Assembly: GCF_009914755.1 (NCBI RefSeq)
Contig: NC_060926.1
DNA: 64,000 nucleotides
Source: the human T2T-CHM13v2.0 reference genome, Homo sapiens
Direction: 5' to 3' (one strand)
Below are positions 39,366 to 53,937 of the stretch, piece by piece (position 1 is the stretch's first letter; the number at the start of each line of letters is the position of its first letter). The position numbers were made by a program, and so were the translations under genes. Below the pieces are notes generated by a model. It was not told where the DNA came from, did not search any database, and was given only the letters and a program-made list of their open reading frames with translations.

Positions 39366-41913
39366 CTATCATCAGACTGAACAGGCAACCTACAGAATGG
39401 GAGAACATTTTTGCAATCTATCCATCTGACAAAGGGCTAATATCCAGAATCTACACGGAAGTTAAACAAATTTACAAGAAAAAGCAAACAACTCCATCAA
39501 AAAGTGGGCAAAGGATATGAACAGACACCTCCCAAAAGAAGACATTTATCCGGCCAACAAACATATATTTTAAAAAGAAGCTTATCATCGCTGGTCATAG
39601 AGAAATGCAGATTAAAACTACAATGAGATATCATCTCATGCCAGTTAGAATGGTGATCATTAAAAAATCATGAAACAACAGATGCTGGGAGGATGTGGAG
39701 AAATAGGAACACTTTTACACTGTTGCTGGGAGTGTAAATTAGTTCAACCATTGTGGAAGACAGTGTGGCTATTCCTTAAAGATCTAGAAATAGAAATACC
39801 ATTTGACCCAGCAATCCCATTACTGGGTATATACCCAAAGGATTATAAATCATTCTACTATAAAGACCCATGCACACATATGTTTACTGCAGCGCTATTC
39901 ACAGCAGCAAAGACCTGGGACCAACTTAAATGCCCATCAATGTTAAATTGGATAAAGAAAATGAGACACAGATACACCATGGAATACTATGCTGCCATAA
40001 AAAAGTAGGAGTTCATGTTTTTTGCAGGGACATGGATGAAGCTGGAAACCATCATTCTCAGCAAACTAATACAGGAACAGAAAACCAAACACCACATGTT
40101 CTCACTCATATGTGGAAGCTGAACAATGAGAACACATGGACATAGGGAGGAAATATCACACACCAGGACCTGTTGGGGGGTGGGGGGCAAGAGAAGGGAT
40201 AACATTAAGAGAAATACCTAATGCAGATGATGGGTTGATGGGTGCAGCAAACCACCATGGCACATGTATACCTTTGTAACAAACTTGCACCTTCTGCACA
40301 TGTATCCCAGAACTTAAGTATAATTTTAAAAAAAGAGAGAGAAAATTAACAAAGAAACATTGGCTTTAAACAGTACTTTAGACAAAATGTACCTAACAGA
40401 CATATACAGAGCATTTATTATAACAGCTACACAAGGCACATTATTCTCCTCAGCACATGGGACATTATCTAGGAGAACCTATAAATAAATCTACATATTT
40501 ATAGCCAACTGATTTTTGACAAAGACATCAAGAAGATACCTTGAGAAAAGAAAACCTTCTTCAGTAAGTGGTGCTAGTAAAATTAGATATCCATGTGAAA
40601 AAGAATGAAAATGGACCCTCCTTTGTCATCATATAAGAAAATCAACTCAATATGAATTATAATTTTAGAGGGACCAAAATTATAAAACTACCATAAGAGA
40701 AATAGGTGAAAGAGTTCAGAACAGTGATCTAGACAAATAATGTATGGCTAAGACCTTAAAAATACAGCCACCCTCCAAAAAATAGATAAATGGTACTATA
40801 TCAAACTAAAAAGCCTCTGCACAGCAAAGGAAACAATCAGAGAGTAAAGAAACAGCAGGTTAAATTGGAGAAAATATTTGCAAACTATTCATCCAGCAAA
40901 GGACTATCATCCAGAACATGCAAGGAACTCAAGCAACTCAATAGCAAAAAAGAAAAGGAATGATCTCATTACAAAGCAGGCAAAGGACATGAATAGACAT
41001 TTTTTCAAAAGAAGACATACAAATCACCCACAAGGACATGAAAAAACATCATCAACATCAACAGTCATCAGAGAAATGCAAATCAAAAACCACAAGATAG
41101 CATCTTATCCCAGTTAGAATGGCAATTATTAAAAAGAAAATAAAAGTGACTAGTAAGAATATGGAGAACAGGTAACTCTTACACACTGTTGATGGGAAAG
41201 TAAATTAGTACAACCACTATGAAAAATAGTATGGATTTAAAAAAAAATAAAAAAACCAAAAACTAGAACTGCCATATGATCCAGCAATCCCATTACAAGG
41301 TATTTATCCAAATGAAAAAAAGTCAGTATATCAAATAGATACCTACATTCCCATTTTTGTTGAAGCCCTATTCATAACAGCAAAGATATAGATCAGTCTA
41401 AGTGTTCAGAAATGAATGAATGGTTTAGGAAAATGTGGTATGTATATACATTAGAATACTTTAAAAAAGAATAAAATCATGTCATTTTCAATGCTTGTAA
41501 CACTAGAGGTCACTATGTTAAATGAAATAAGCCAGGCAGAAAAAGAAAAATATCACATGTTCCCTCTCATATGTGGGAGCTAAGAAAAGTGGATCTCATG
41601 AAGTTAGAGAATAGATTGTTGGTTACCAGAGAGTGAACAGGTTACCAGGAAGGGTTAGACAGAAAAAATAAGACATAGCGTTTGATAGATCAGTAGGATG
41701 AGTACAATTAACAACAATGTGTTGTATGTTTCAAAATAGCTAGAAGAGAGGACTTAAAATGTCTTCAACACATAGAAATCATAAATTTTCAAGTTGATGG
41801 ACACTTCAGATACCCTGACATAATCATTACATATTTTACACATGTAACAAAATATCACATGTACCCCATAAATTGGTAGAGATATTATATATTCATAACA
41901 CAGTAAAATAAAT
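34481..41913 (+). mobile_element. L1MA1-3-like element from 5' end to polyA with large internal deletions, interrupted by an L1PA7
   Basis: GC-richer 5'UTR 34485-35340, ORF1 remnant to ~35940, endonuclease ICCLQETHL (ORF 36197-36388), resumes at 40340, 3'UTR to 41913; TSD AAAATACAC(T/A)GAAA at 34467-34480 and 41914-41927. Confidence 0.85.
36613..40339 (+). mobile_element. 5'-inverted L1PA7-like element, ~3.7 kb
   Basis: Antisense ORF2 36613-37786, then sense ORF2 from 37783 (ORFs 37819-38379, 38703-38990, 39670-40008); TSD AGAAAA(A/T)TAACAAAG at 36593-36607 and 40340-40354. Confidence 0.93.
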
Positions 41914-42534
41914 AAAATACACAGAAACAAATTTCAATATTGCTAACGTATAACACTGCACAAAACAAATCTAATTACTATAGATTAATGTCCACCTACA
42001 ATGGCTTTTAATTCTATATTAGGAACATTTTCATAAATTCAAATGCACAAACTATGTATTTAAAATGAATAATCCATTTATGTGACTAAAGCGTACATTT
42101 TTGAATTCTTGATTAATATGCTTCATGTAATAAACTTCCTAATAGTCTTCTACACATAAATATTTCGAAATTTAAAAAATATTGATAAAGCTAACTGAAC
42201 GAGGATCCTTAAAATGATTTGGTCTTTTTAAATTTATGTCAAATGATACAGAAGGACAATTAAGCTAAGTAATACCACCAACAGACTTTAAAATGTCGGT
42301 CTTCATAAGGAGGGTAAAAACATCTAAAATCTAACAATATCATTATTATTTTACACAAAATTTAGGTTTTTTTTTTTTTTTTTTTTTTTTAGTCAACACT
42401 TATTTCCTCCTGAAATAAAACGTAATATTTAACCATTAAGAAAAATTTAGGAAATGTGTAAAAAAATAAAAACTCGAGATCTTAAACTCACTCCTTTCAG
42501 TCAGAGATGTGATACTCACTGCTAACATGGAACC

Positions 42535-42762
42535 TTGTAGCTTACTGGCAAAGAACATGGATGTTTAAGTCAGAACTGGATTCATATTTCAACACAGCTA
42601 TTTGCTAGCTATGTAATGTTAAGCTTATTACTTAATCTCTATAAGCCATAGTTTTATGACCTACAAAAACTTTCATTATCTTAATCATACAATTGTTTTG
42701 ACTAAGAAGGAATTTCTGACATATCACAACGTATATTTTACATATAATAGTGTTCAATAAAA
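42535..42762 (+). mobile_element. MIR
   Basis: aagtcagaactggattcatatttc...ctatttgctagctatgtaatgtta...ttacttaatctctata. Confidence 0.65.
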
Positions 42763-42902
42763 TTTCCCCTGAGAAATGTTTAACATATAACAATGAGAAA
42801 AACTGCAGAATACTGTATATACAGTAAAATCATTATTTGAAACATGACCTTATGAAACATGATTTTATAATCTATAGCAAACATAAAATATTTGAAACAT
42901 GA

Positions 42903-43240
<338 letters not shown>

Positions 43241-43294
43241 GAGAAAGTCAATATTCTAGTAATTCATTGCACATCCCAGAATATTAATTCTTTT

Positions 43295-44030
<736 letters not shown>

Positions 44031-44689
44031 CTCTCCCTCTTTCTTTTGACTTTATCCAGTTAGAATAATTTCTTTTATTTGCTGAAATTCCAATAGCTCT
44101 ACTCTGTTAATTCTGAGGTAAGAAACAGTCCTCCAGTTTTGTTATGTAACAATCAACGTCTCATTTCAATAACTGGACATCATACAAAATGTTATTCAAA
44201 ATAAAAATTAAATTAATGTTATTTTTTCCCCTTTCCCTTGTTCAGGCCACTTCAGATTGGAAGCCCACACCTACTCCAGGCTGTTTTCCAACTGGAAAAT
44301 GATGTGATGGGGTAATCCTGCTCTCTATCTGTATCTCACCAGCAGAATGCATACTCTATCAGAAAGGTTCTTTGGTGGAATGTATATTCTCTGTCCTGGA
44401 GCTCCCCAAGTGCCCACTGTCTCTGACCTCAAAGTCCAGGCCTTTCAATTGGATGACCCAAGACTACCCCACTGTGATTCTTTCTCCTGAGTGATCTACA
44501 CTTTCTTTTGTGGCAACACTCACTACCTCCTGACCCTACCGTCTCTAAGATATGGTGCAGGTGCTTCTGCACTCTTCTGGCTGCCAAACCAGTCAGCCCT
44601 TTGCTTGCTTTCTAGATTTCTAAAGGCAGGATTCAGATATAATGCTACAGTTTGTCTAAACCCAATAAATAAACTGTTCTCTCCCCAGG

Positions 44690-45440
44690 CCTCAGACAAA
44701 ACAAACATGATTATCTTCCTTCTGTATGTCAGTAAGGTGAGCAACACCATTCTCCCCTGAATGAACACACTAAAATTCCTGGGTGTTGTCCTTGATACTC
44801 TGTTTTTCTTTATCCTTCATCATATCTTTAAGTTCAGCCTGTCACAAACATTCAATGACACCATTGATATCTAGTACATGTCAACCTCTTTCTTCCCTGA
44901 ATGCACACAAAAGCCTCCTAACTTGTCTTTTTCTGTCAGTTCAGTTTTCCTGTCATTTAATACTGTTTCTTCTCTTGCTACTTGAGTTATTTTCCTAAGT
45001 GCAAATCTATTGTCATTTCCTTGTATAAAATTTTAATGGCTCTTTATTCCAAAACTAGAGATTGAACCGTTCTCAGTTTTTCTATGTCGTTGTATTTCCT
45101 GTCCTGAATAACCCATCCCTCATATTCCCTCTTGCCAATTATGTGGCTCACTCCTTCTCACACTTTAATGTTGATTTAGACTACAGAACTCTGTCTGACC
45201 CCTTGCTCTACTCTCAAAGCTCCCCTTTACTTCAGTCTAATTCTCTTATCATGCACTAAAGCCATCATTTATATTTGCTTTCTTTTTATAACTTAATAAT
45301 CCTTAATAAGTCATCACTTCCTTGACAGGAAGAATCATGTCTTATTTTCATCATGGTATCAAGAGTATACAATACAACTCCTGGCAAACTATTAGTGTTT
45401 AACTGATATTTGTGGAATTAATTAATGAGTAGGTGAATAA
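44690..45440 (+). mobile_element. L2a 3' fragment
   Basis: gttgtccttgatactc, ctaagtgcaaatct...ttttaatggctc, and tail atatttgtggaattaattaatgagt. Confidence 0.7.
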
Positions 45441-45599
45441 GTGTAATGGTGGGTAACTCAGTATCTAGATGAAAAACACTGTCTCAAGAGCTTTCTCTTT
45501 GCCAAGACTCCAGTCCCAATTCCGAGCCTTTAACACTCTCAGCTTTAATTTGAGGAAAAAATGACTCTGATGGACCAGTTTTGGTCCATTATGTAGTTT

Positions 45600-46090
45600 C
45601 CACTTAATAAATAGAATTAAATAATTTCAATTAAGAAGGCTCATGTGAATACTGACACATTATCAGATACTTAGTTGACTAAAAGTCTTCAAAGGTGCCG
45701 TGTCATAGTCAGAGTTCTGGCATTGAGGAGGTTTAAAGAGAGTTCTTATTTACTAAGAGAGTTAGACAGGCAAACCACAGGAGATGGTGCTATCACCTTA
45801 CATGAAGCTTACATTATACAGAAGGGAGGAAGATACTAGAAGAATAAGTTTTTGAGTTCTATGCAGAAAAATTACATATGGATACAGGAGGGAATTTTAT
45901 GGAGTGAGAAGTGATAGTCTAAATAAATGGTGAAGGAATCCTTCTCTGAAAATGAGTAAACTATGTGTACATTTGAAGGAAATGCCTCACTGGCAGAGCT
46001 ATGTACAAAGCAAAGGCTCTGAGGTGCCAGTATATTTAGTATGTTTAAGAAATCACAAAGACAAGCGTGACTGGGACTGAAGGAGGGAGT
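45600..46090 (-). mobile_element. L2 fragment
   Basis: ccttacatgaagcttacattat and caaaggctctgaggtg. Confidence 0.55.
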
Positions 46091-46479
46091 GAATTAATAC
46101 AATCCAGAAAACCTAAAATATTTATATTACCTGGCTTTGTTTGAATTCCAATCCCAAATGAATTTGTCAAAGAAATCTGATTTGTCCAACCTTAGTTATT
46201 TGACAACTACAGGTTAATCCACTCTACTGAGGAAGGATGAGTCATCATAAATATTTCTTGCAGTGTCTTATCTTTTTAAACAAAGAACAAATTTAAGAGA
46301 AGTGTGCTGGGGTTGGGAGGGGAGTGTGTTGATGGTTGTAGAAATCATACCAAGATTGTCTTCTCTGTGAATGTAAAAGGACAGTTCTTTAGGGGAAAAT
46401 CCCTCAGACTTCTGGACAGGGGCTTAGAACTAGATTATGTGACACTGTATAGAGGAGGCTAAGTATAAGGAAAATCTCA

Positions 46480-46650
46480 TAGATTTACATAATACTGAGA
46501 CTGGAAAGGAAGTTAGGAATTTTCATGTTCAGTCATATTAAAAATGAAGTAAGGAAATTTCAGAAGCTAAGTGACTTTTTTTCAGGTTGGTATACACAGC
46601 TAATTAGTGCCAGCCCACAGACCAAACACGTATCTTTTGATTTCCTATTC
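46480..46650 (-). mobile_element. MIR/MIR3 fragment
   Basis: gagactggaaaggaagttagga...cagaagctaagtgactt...acacagctaattagtg. Confidence 0.6.
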
Positions 46651-47049
46651 AATTTGGCATAGAAAATAATGTGACTTGAGTTCTGAGAAAGCACTTTTCT
46701 GGAGAGTCCCTAAGAATACTTCCAGACACAATTAATTAAAATAGAACTAGTGGCAATGTTAAGATAAATCAGAAAATAGCATGAAAAACAGAATAAATTT
46801 AATGTACATCAAAGTACGTCATCATGGGAATGGCTCTCAAACCAAACCCTGAAGGAGAATAATGTGGCCTCAAATCATTTCAGAGCCTAGGGCATGAAAC
46901 TTCCATGAAAAATGCTGTTTGTCTGAATTCTTGTAGTGAAATATAGACATTCATTAAAGTAAAATGTCATAAGGAAAAAGAGAAACCCAGCAAAAATTTT
47001 TGTGCAAAATTTTCTCACTGTGGTAACGCAGTTAGAAAAAAATAGAAAA

Positions 47050-47290
47050 AGCTGTGAGTTTAAGCTCTGGAGTCTGAATTATCTTTATTTGAATCTTTGC
47101 TGGGACCTGTCTTAGCTATGTACAACAAGGCAAGTTTTCAATCTCTTTGAATTGCAGTCTCCTCGTTCATTTAAACCAAACAATACAAAAGAAAACAAAA
47201 ATCTATATTCCACTTAACATCTCCAGTATATTTTGAGTATTACTTATGTAAGGCATATAAATATCTTGCATATTTATTGATATATATTAG
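47050..47290 (+). mobile_element. MIR fragment
   Basis: ctctggagtctga...ttagctatgtacaacaaggcaagttttcaatctctttga. Confidence 0.6.
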
Positions 47291-47414
47291 ATGTATGTAA
47301 ACTCTTGATTTTCATAATAATCTGTGACATTATTCAACACAGGGACTTTCCAGAGAGATACTTTTGAGTTCTTGATCTAAAGTATTTTTCTTCTATTTTT
47401 TCATTATTGTTTCC

Positions 47415-47466
47415 TAATCATTAAAAGTAATGACAAAAATCATGATTACTTTTGCACTAACCTCAT
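47415..47466. mobile_element. Half MADE1 mariner MITE
   Basis: cattaaaagtaatgacaaaaatcatgattacttttgcactaacct; only one TIR present. Confidence 0.8.
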
Positions 47467-48749
47467 AATAAAATATTTCAAATATTGTTACTGAGAGTGA
47501 AATGTAGTGAAAACGTTTGTTGTTCCTATTAATGAACCTTACTAGACTTCCGAGGCACCCAGAAGACTAACACTCTAATAAAGGCTATAGCAAGTAATTG
47601 ACGAAGAACGGATAAATTGCAGAAGCAGAAATTTCTCAGCTCTAGAGAGATGGTTCAAAGATTTAATAAACTAATTAAAAAGTCTGAAGAAAAGAGAAAC
47701 CACTGATGGGTCTTGACGTCTTTAAGTAAAGTAGTAACAAGCACAGTTGTCATGGAGGTAACACAACAGCCAGAATGTTTTTCTAAGGAGTGAATTAGGA
47801 CACACAGTGGAAAGTGCCTGAAGAAATTAAGTGCATTCAAAGTACATCTGAATTACTGAGAGTTTTAAGAACATTAGATTGCCCATTTTCTTCTGTGTAA
47901 TTTGTAAATTATCTATTTTAATTCCTCCATTTTACAAATGAAGATAATGAACCTTAAAAGTAGCAGGGACTATTTCCAGCTCCATTCAATAAAAGCCAAG
48001 TCTTCATTTTATAAAAAGCGTTCACTGTAGTTTTCATGGAGCAAATTAGTGGCAACTTGAGTCACCATGCAGTGCCCTAGTGAAATATTCCTGCTTAACT
48101 CTAATGGATCTAGGCAGTGACTTTCTTAGTGGTGATGGCAATCGTCCCTCGGTTTATGGTCCTGGTCATAGCTATATCACATGTTCTTTTTATTTATTTT
48201 GTATATTTTTACTTTTATGTTTGCCTTTTTGTTGAGAAAATGTCAGAGAACATACATGTATACAAACTTACAGTATAAACATTAAGGCTTTTTAAATTGG
48301 CTGCCTTTTGCCACTTTTTGGAAGGCAAGTTGCAAATTTAAGGGAACACTTCATAATCTCATTCATTTGCAGAAGTTGGCATACATCAGTGGAGAAAAAG
48401 AACATTCAGAATTCACCCTGGGACTCTATGAGTGCCTTAGGTGATTGAGCAGTGCTTTTACTTTTTCATGATGTTATATGTAAAGGATGCAACTACTGTA
48501 ATCACTATTCTGTGCCACTCTAAAAGTAGCCTCATAAAAAGTGTTCATTAAACTGAAAATAGTTTACTTGGCATTTCCTAAAACTCACCAGATCTGTTAT
48601 CAGCAGCAATTAAAAAATCTTTAAAGGTATTTGTTTGTATTCAATTATCACACATTAATATTTTCTTATCTTTATCTTTCTAAAACCTTACTTAACGTTT
48701 CTGCCTCATCTGCTAATTTATTGACATTTCATCTTACGGTAATAGTAAT

Positions 48750-49120
48750 TGTTTCTCCTATCAAACATACCTTATCTTTTCAGATGGTATTTCATTCTAT
48801 CCCTGAACTTGAAACATCTTTCCCACCCTTTTTCTACTTGATGAAATTTTCTTACTCATCACTAAATGCTCAGCTATATTAGAGTCCCTTCAAGAAGACT
48901 TCCCTGTACTCTCATATTGGGTGATATACCTCCTTTCTGTTCCCATCATGCCCCATCTTGTCAGCAATCATCATGGTATCTTGGCCTTTCATGAATCATC
49001 TACTCCACTCTCAGATATTTTGTTATCACAGGGCAGTAACAGTGTCACATTCATCTGTCTACTTCTAGGAACCCCACAGTGCTTATTATAAGACGATGCT
49101 TAATAAATGCTCATTAAACA
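48750..49120 (+). mobile_element. L2b/c 3' fragment
   Basis: caagaagacttccctg...gggcagtaacagtgtcacattcatct...acagtgctt...gcttaataaatgctcattaaa. Confidence 0.6.
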
Positions 49121-49517
49121 AAAGGAAAAACTACAGTATAAATCTCCCATACATACAAATATGAGCATATTCCAGGAACACTTACTTGAGACATCAGATT
49201 TTTTTTTTGTTATAACATTTCACTCAGATACAGTGTGCTTTTTAAGGAAACAGAAAAATTTTAATTCAGAGAACAGCTGCCATCTTTTGGGAGAAGTCAG
49301 AAGAATCTCTCTCCCTTTTGCTCTCTCCCCTATAAAGCGAGAGCTTATTGTTAATGATATTTTTTGTATGTGAAAGGTAGCTTGAAGAGAAACAGTTGTT
49401 CTTGATATTGAATAAATTAATTGTGAAACCTGTTTTGCTTCCTTTTTCTCCAAGTGGATAAAAATATTCATGATTCTAAAGCTGTAAAAGGCTATTCTGA
49501 AACTATCCGCAGACAAG

Positions 49518-49531
49518 GTTGTCATGGAAAC
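49518..49531. promoter_or_regulatory. RFX X-box-like palindrome GTTGTCATGGAAAC
   Basis: Fits the GTNRC(C)-N-RGYAAC / GTTNCCATGGNAAC family, flanked by a further G...C pair. Motif match only. Confidence 0.4.
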
Positions 49532-49653
49532 CACCATTTTTTTGGAATAGTACAATAAATAGTCATCTAAAGAAATACTGAACACGGCGCACCTTGCTCT
49601 GGTAATTATAGATGGTCCAGAATTGAAACATCTATGACATATTTTGCTCTCAG

Positions 49654-49704
49654 GTGTGCCACCAGAGGATATTTATTACCATAATGGGAAATCTTTGTAA
49701 ACAG
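49654..49704 (+). other. Candidate exon containing a Kozak ATG (49684)
   Basis: attttgctctcag| ... ataATGG ... CAG|gtaaga. Confidence 0.25.
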
Positions 49705-51774
49705 GTAAGATACAAAATGTTTACTTGCAGCAATAACTTGAGGTATGGAATGAGAAGGACACATACTACTACTGCTTCATAAACTCCTTAGTCTCCTCAT
49801 CCACCTCACACATACATTCACGGCTTATGCAAACAGATAAGAATAAAGACATGAGACAGTAAATTTCAAGATTCACTAGCAACCTAAGAAAGTAGAAGAC
49901 AAAAGAATTTAAGAATATGTGAAAATCAGGGATAGCTCTAAATTCTCTTTCCCTATACACCCCAGCTTCCTATAGGGAGACTAGATACCAAAGTATATAA
50001 TAAGAGCTTGGATAAATGAAATTAGAATTTGAAGAACAGTGTTAAAAAAAAAAAAGAATAAAAATAGCATCCTTTCCCTGTCTTCTCCGTAGGTTTTTGG
50101 GGTGTGGAAGGCTGCCAAAGAGGTAGGGGATAATTTCTGAATATAGAGAATAATCTTGATTTACGACTGAAGTTTTACCACTTGCAAAACCTACAGAAGT
50201 ACTTCATGCTTCAGGGGTTGAGGGAGGACAGCCTTGAGTAGTGGCAAAGCTCAAAGTGAAGAGATCAAGATTTTTCATTGAGGAGATGTGATTTATCCAG
50301 GCAAGTTTTAAGGAAGGCTGGCCATGGACTCAAGTAACCACCAAGTGGTGTTACATTTGCTAGAGGTTAGGATTAGGAGAGAAAGTCCTGTTATTTATAC
50401 CCACCCATGGATGCAGGCAAAATAGGTACATGATCATACTACACAAAATAGTCAACATTTGTCACTGCCCCAGTGAAAAGGAAGGAGATGGATTTCAAAG
50501 AGAAGGCTTTGAATTGAATAGGGACCATGTTTAAAACCCAAGCCAAAATGATTCTATATTGATCCAATATATTTATTAGAGGCAACAAGATTGTCTTTTT
50601 TATTCTTGAGCTGAATAGGAAGTTGTAATACAATTTATATTTCTGAGCAAAAAAGGTTTTACTTTTTATACGTATGATTTTTACATATTGCATTCTTGTA
50701 TATATACATATCAATCTTTACATATATGTGGTATAAAGAGCAAAAGGTTCAGCTCAGGGTCCCAAAGAGATAGTACAAGAAAAAATTAAAATGGGTCATC
50801 TAAACCAAACTATTCTGAGTTAAGATCTTTTTGCTTTTTTCAATATTCTATTTATTCTTCCCACTGTGAATGAGTTTTCTTAATCCCTTCCTAATGCAGG
50901 CAGGAGGAGAGTAAAACAGAGGATAAGAACATCAGCATTCTCTGAGAAGTTGATTTTTTTTTTTTCTTCAACTAGAATGAGAAAGCCAAAGCTTGCTATG
51001 GAAAATTACCTAACCTTAAATGTCTAACATTTTTAATGCAAGAAACTATTGGTTTATTAGTGTCCTATGGAACCTGGTTATGATAATTAGTGTAAAAACA
51101 AAACAAACTGCATAGAAAGACTTGAACTCTATTTAGCACAAGGGCAGCAGGGGAGAGAGAGAGAAAAGGAGAGAGAAAAACATGATCATTTGTAAGCAAG
51201 TGGGGACTAGAATCAGGTAATTATTATACAGTTCTATATTTGTATGTCATTGTTTTTGCTAAAATAAATTGTTGTTACCCTATTTAGCATATTAGGTTTC
51301 TTCGAAGGGTTACCCAAGAGTTCTTATATATTTGGTTAGGAAGGAAGCAAAGCTAAGAATGTTATTCAATTTCACAATGGAAATCAATACTACCTAACAT
51401 TCTACAATAATCCAAGATAAAATATAGAAGCCAGAAAGGACACATAGATCTACTTTAAATAATACTAATTCTCAGAAATTCATGAAGAAATATATGCTCC
51501 CAAAGTTTATTTAGCTGTGCTAGGTGTATAACTAGAAACATAAGAAAATTTATTTTCTCTGGAAAGCCCTGCAATATGTTTAAAGTTCTACTAGTTCCCT
51601 TTAAATACAGGAATAAAATACCACAAAACAATTGCCAGTTACTGTCAACTAGTATAAGCCTATATGTCATTAAAAATAAAGAAAAAGTATTTTGTATTAG
51701 CTTCTAAACATTTCAATACATTTTCTTTTAATGTTTTTTAAATTAATGTGTCAAACTAGTTAAATAGTAAGAGG

Positions 51775-51848
51775 TATGTGGTGTGTGTGTATGTGTATGT
51801 GTACGTGTTTGTGTGCGCGTGCATGAGACACAGGGAGAGAGGAGAGAG
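51775..51848. repeat. Imperfect (TG)n followed by a GA-rich tract
   Basis: Directly visible. Confidence 0.8.
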
Positions 51849-52604
51849 AAAACTAAAAAGTGGATCATTATTACCTTACAGAACATAGAAAATTTTCTCA
51901 GTTTAAAAAAAATGCTCTTATTATTAGAAAATTCCCCCAGGCAGTCCACTGACTCCATTTATACTTTTAAAATACTACTTAAAGCTCCATTTATTACAAA
52001 TAACATTCTTCCTATTTTTAGACTGTTACCTTCCCTGATATTCATGATCTATTTTGGGGAAAAGATCAACTCATCAGGGACATCACCTGATTGTATCATC
52101 AAGAGGTCCCTAGGGAAAGGCAGAAACAAACAGACAAGCTGAGTTAACTCTCCCATAGACATGGGACTGGTCTGAATAACTGCTCAGCATAGAAGCTGAC
52201 GTTCTTGAGCAGAAATCCATCGAGCACAAGTTTCCACATCCGGTAAGGGACTAGGTTATAGCAGCACATTAGAGACAGTGAATTAGGTAGAAAACTTCCA
52301 AAGGAGATGTTTATTCCTTAACCTGCTTCACAAATGATTTGAAATCAATAGGAAGCTGAAACAGAGCTTCTTGGCAAAGTGAAATTCATGATCATCTGCT
52401 GAAGTAAATATTTTAACAAAAGTTTATTCTTCACAAGATTTTTGGCCTTATTTCAGTAAAACTTTCAGGAACTATATTTAGGTACAACAGAAAAATATAT
52501 ATATATCATTATTGCTATTGTTATTAGTATAACTGTGATTATTGATTAGTGCTTTTCTTTGCTGCTGCTGCAGCTGCTGCTACTGCAAAAAAGAAAAGAT
52601 TTGG

Positions 52605-52790
52605 TTTGCGCTCTTGCTATCTATCACTATATAGTAATAATAAAATTCTAAACTTAGTGGTTTAAAACAACAATATGTTATGTCTCGTGACACTGTGGAT
52701 TGACTAGGCTCAGCAAGGCAGTTCTTACTTTGCGTCAATTGTGTAGTGAGATGTTGGCTGAGGTTTCAGTTATTTGAGGTTCTTGAGCAT
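52605..52790 (-). mobile_element. MLT1 (H/I-like) LTR fragment
   Basis: aaacttagtggtttaaaacaacaa...ctgtggattgactaggctcagc. Confidence 0.65.
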
Positions 52791-53517
52791 GGCCCTCAAA
52801 TTGTTTCCCTATCTTCTTCAGTTATAAATCTATACACATTCTTGCTTACAGTAAAAACTAAATATTCATTACCAATTGAACATTCCCTAGAAAAACTAAT
52901 TCATTCTTTATGATATTTCTTCTCTGTAAAATACCATTTTCATGTCTCAGTTACTTAGAATAGTAATTTACACAAAGCAGGTCTTAATTACTATGTGTTA
53001 CATTAGACTGAGCATGTCATTTAGGTTATTAGCACACTTACACATTTGATTATCACTTTTACATAAAAGCATCTGCACTCATATTCTTATGAGTTAGATT
53101 ATAATCCTGAAGCTAAGGATTTGCAACATATTTGAAGCTTTCTGACTAGTAGGATTCTTATTGTTTATTTTAGAAGACAAAAATGGTATTTGAATAACTA
53201 ATAATAGCTGACATTTGTCTTAATATTATTAAATATAAAATTAAATATATTTATATAATACTAGAAAATTATATTAATATAGTATATATTATCAATATCC
53301 AATATATTATGTATTATTAATATATTTGTTATATATTAGATATTAATATATTTATAATATATTAATGTATGTACATAATATATTAAGTTCACAACTTAAC
53401 ATATGTTATCCATACATTAAGATAAAATATGTTATCTTAGTATATGTTAAGCTATATTGTCAGGACTTGTCCCTGGATCACCTCCAGATTCAACATTCTT
53501 AATCACTGTGCTATGTA

Positions 53518-53612
53518 TTAGGTTGGTGCAAAAGTAATTACGGTTTTTGCCATCAAAGGTAATCCATTAAAGGTAATGACAAAAAACAGTGATTACTTTT
53601 GCACCAATCTAA
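53518..53612. mobile_element. Full MADE1 mariner MITE
   Basis: TIRs ttaggttggtgcaaaagtaattacggtttttgcc / gacaaaaaacagtgattacttttgcaccaatctaa. Confidence 0.92.
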
Positions 53613-53852
53613 TCACTGGAAATGTAAAGCAGCACTCAAAGAAACTGGCAAGACTCAATACATTACTTCTTTTTTCTGCATAAAAGAAGTACAATGCAAT
53701 CTAGTGGGAGTACCCAACAACACCATCTTTGTAAATGTAATGCATTCTGGGATTAATAGTTTGAATAGTATCCAATTTCCATTGGTAGGTCATAAAATTT
53801 GAATGTTGACAATTTCATATAATTTAAACTAATATTAATAGTAAAATTAAAG

Positions 53853-53885
<33 letters not shown>

Positions 53886-53937
53886 CAGAGAGACAGAGTG
53901 AGAGAGAGACAGAGAGACAGAGTGAGAGAGAGAGAGA
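53853..53937. repeat. (TA)n(GA)n compound microsatellite
   Basis: Directly visible. Confidence 0.95.

Noticed and set aside
52560-52587. Short interrupted (CTG)n
   Set aside because: About nine interrupted units, non-coding and unremarkable.
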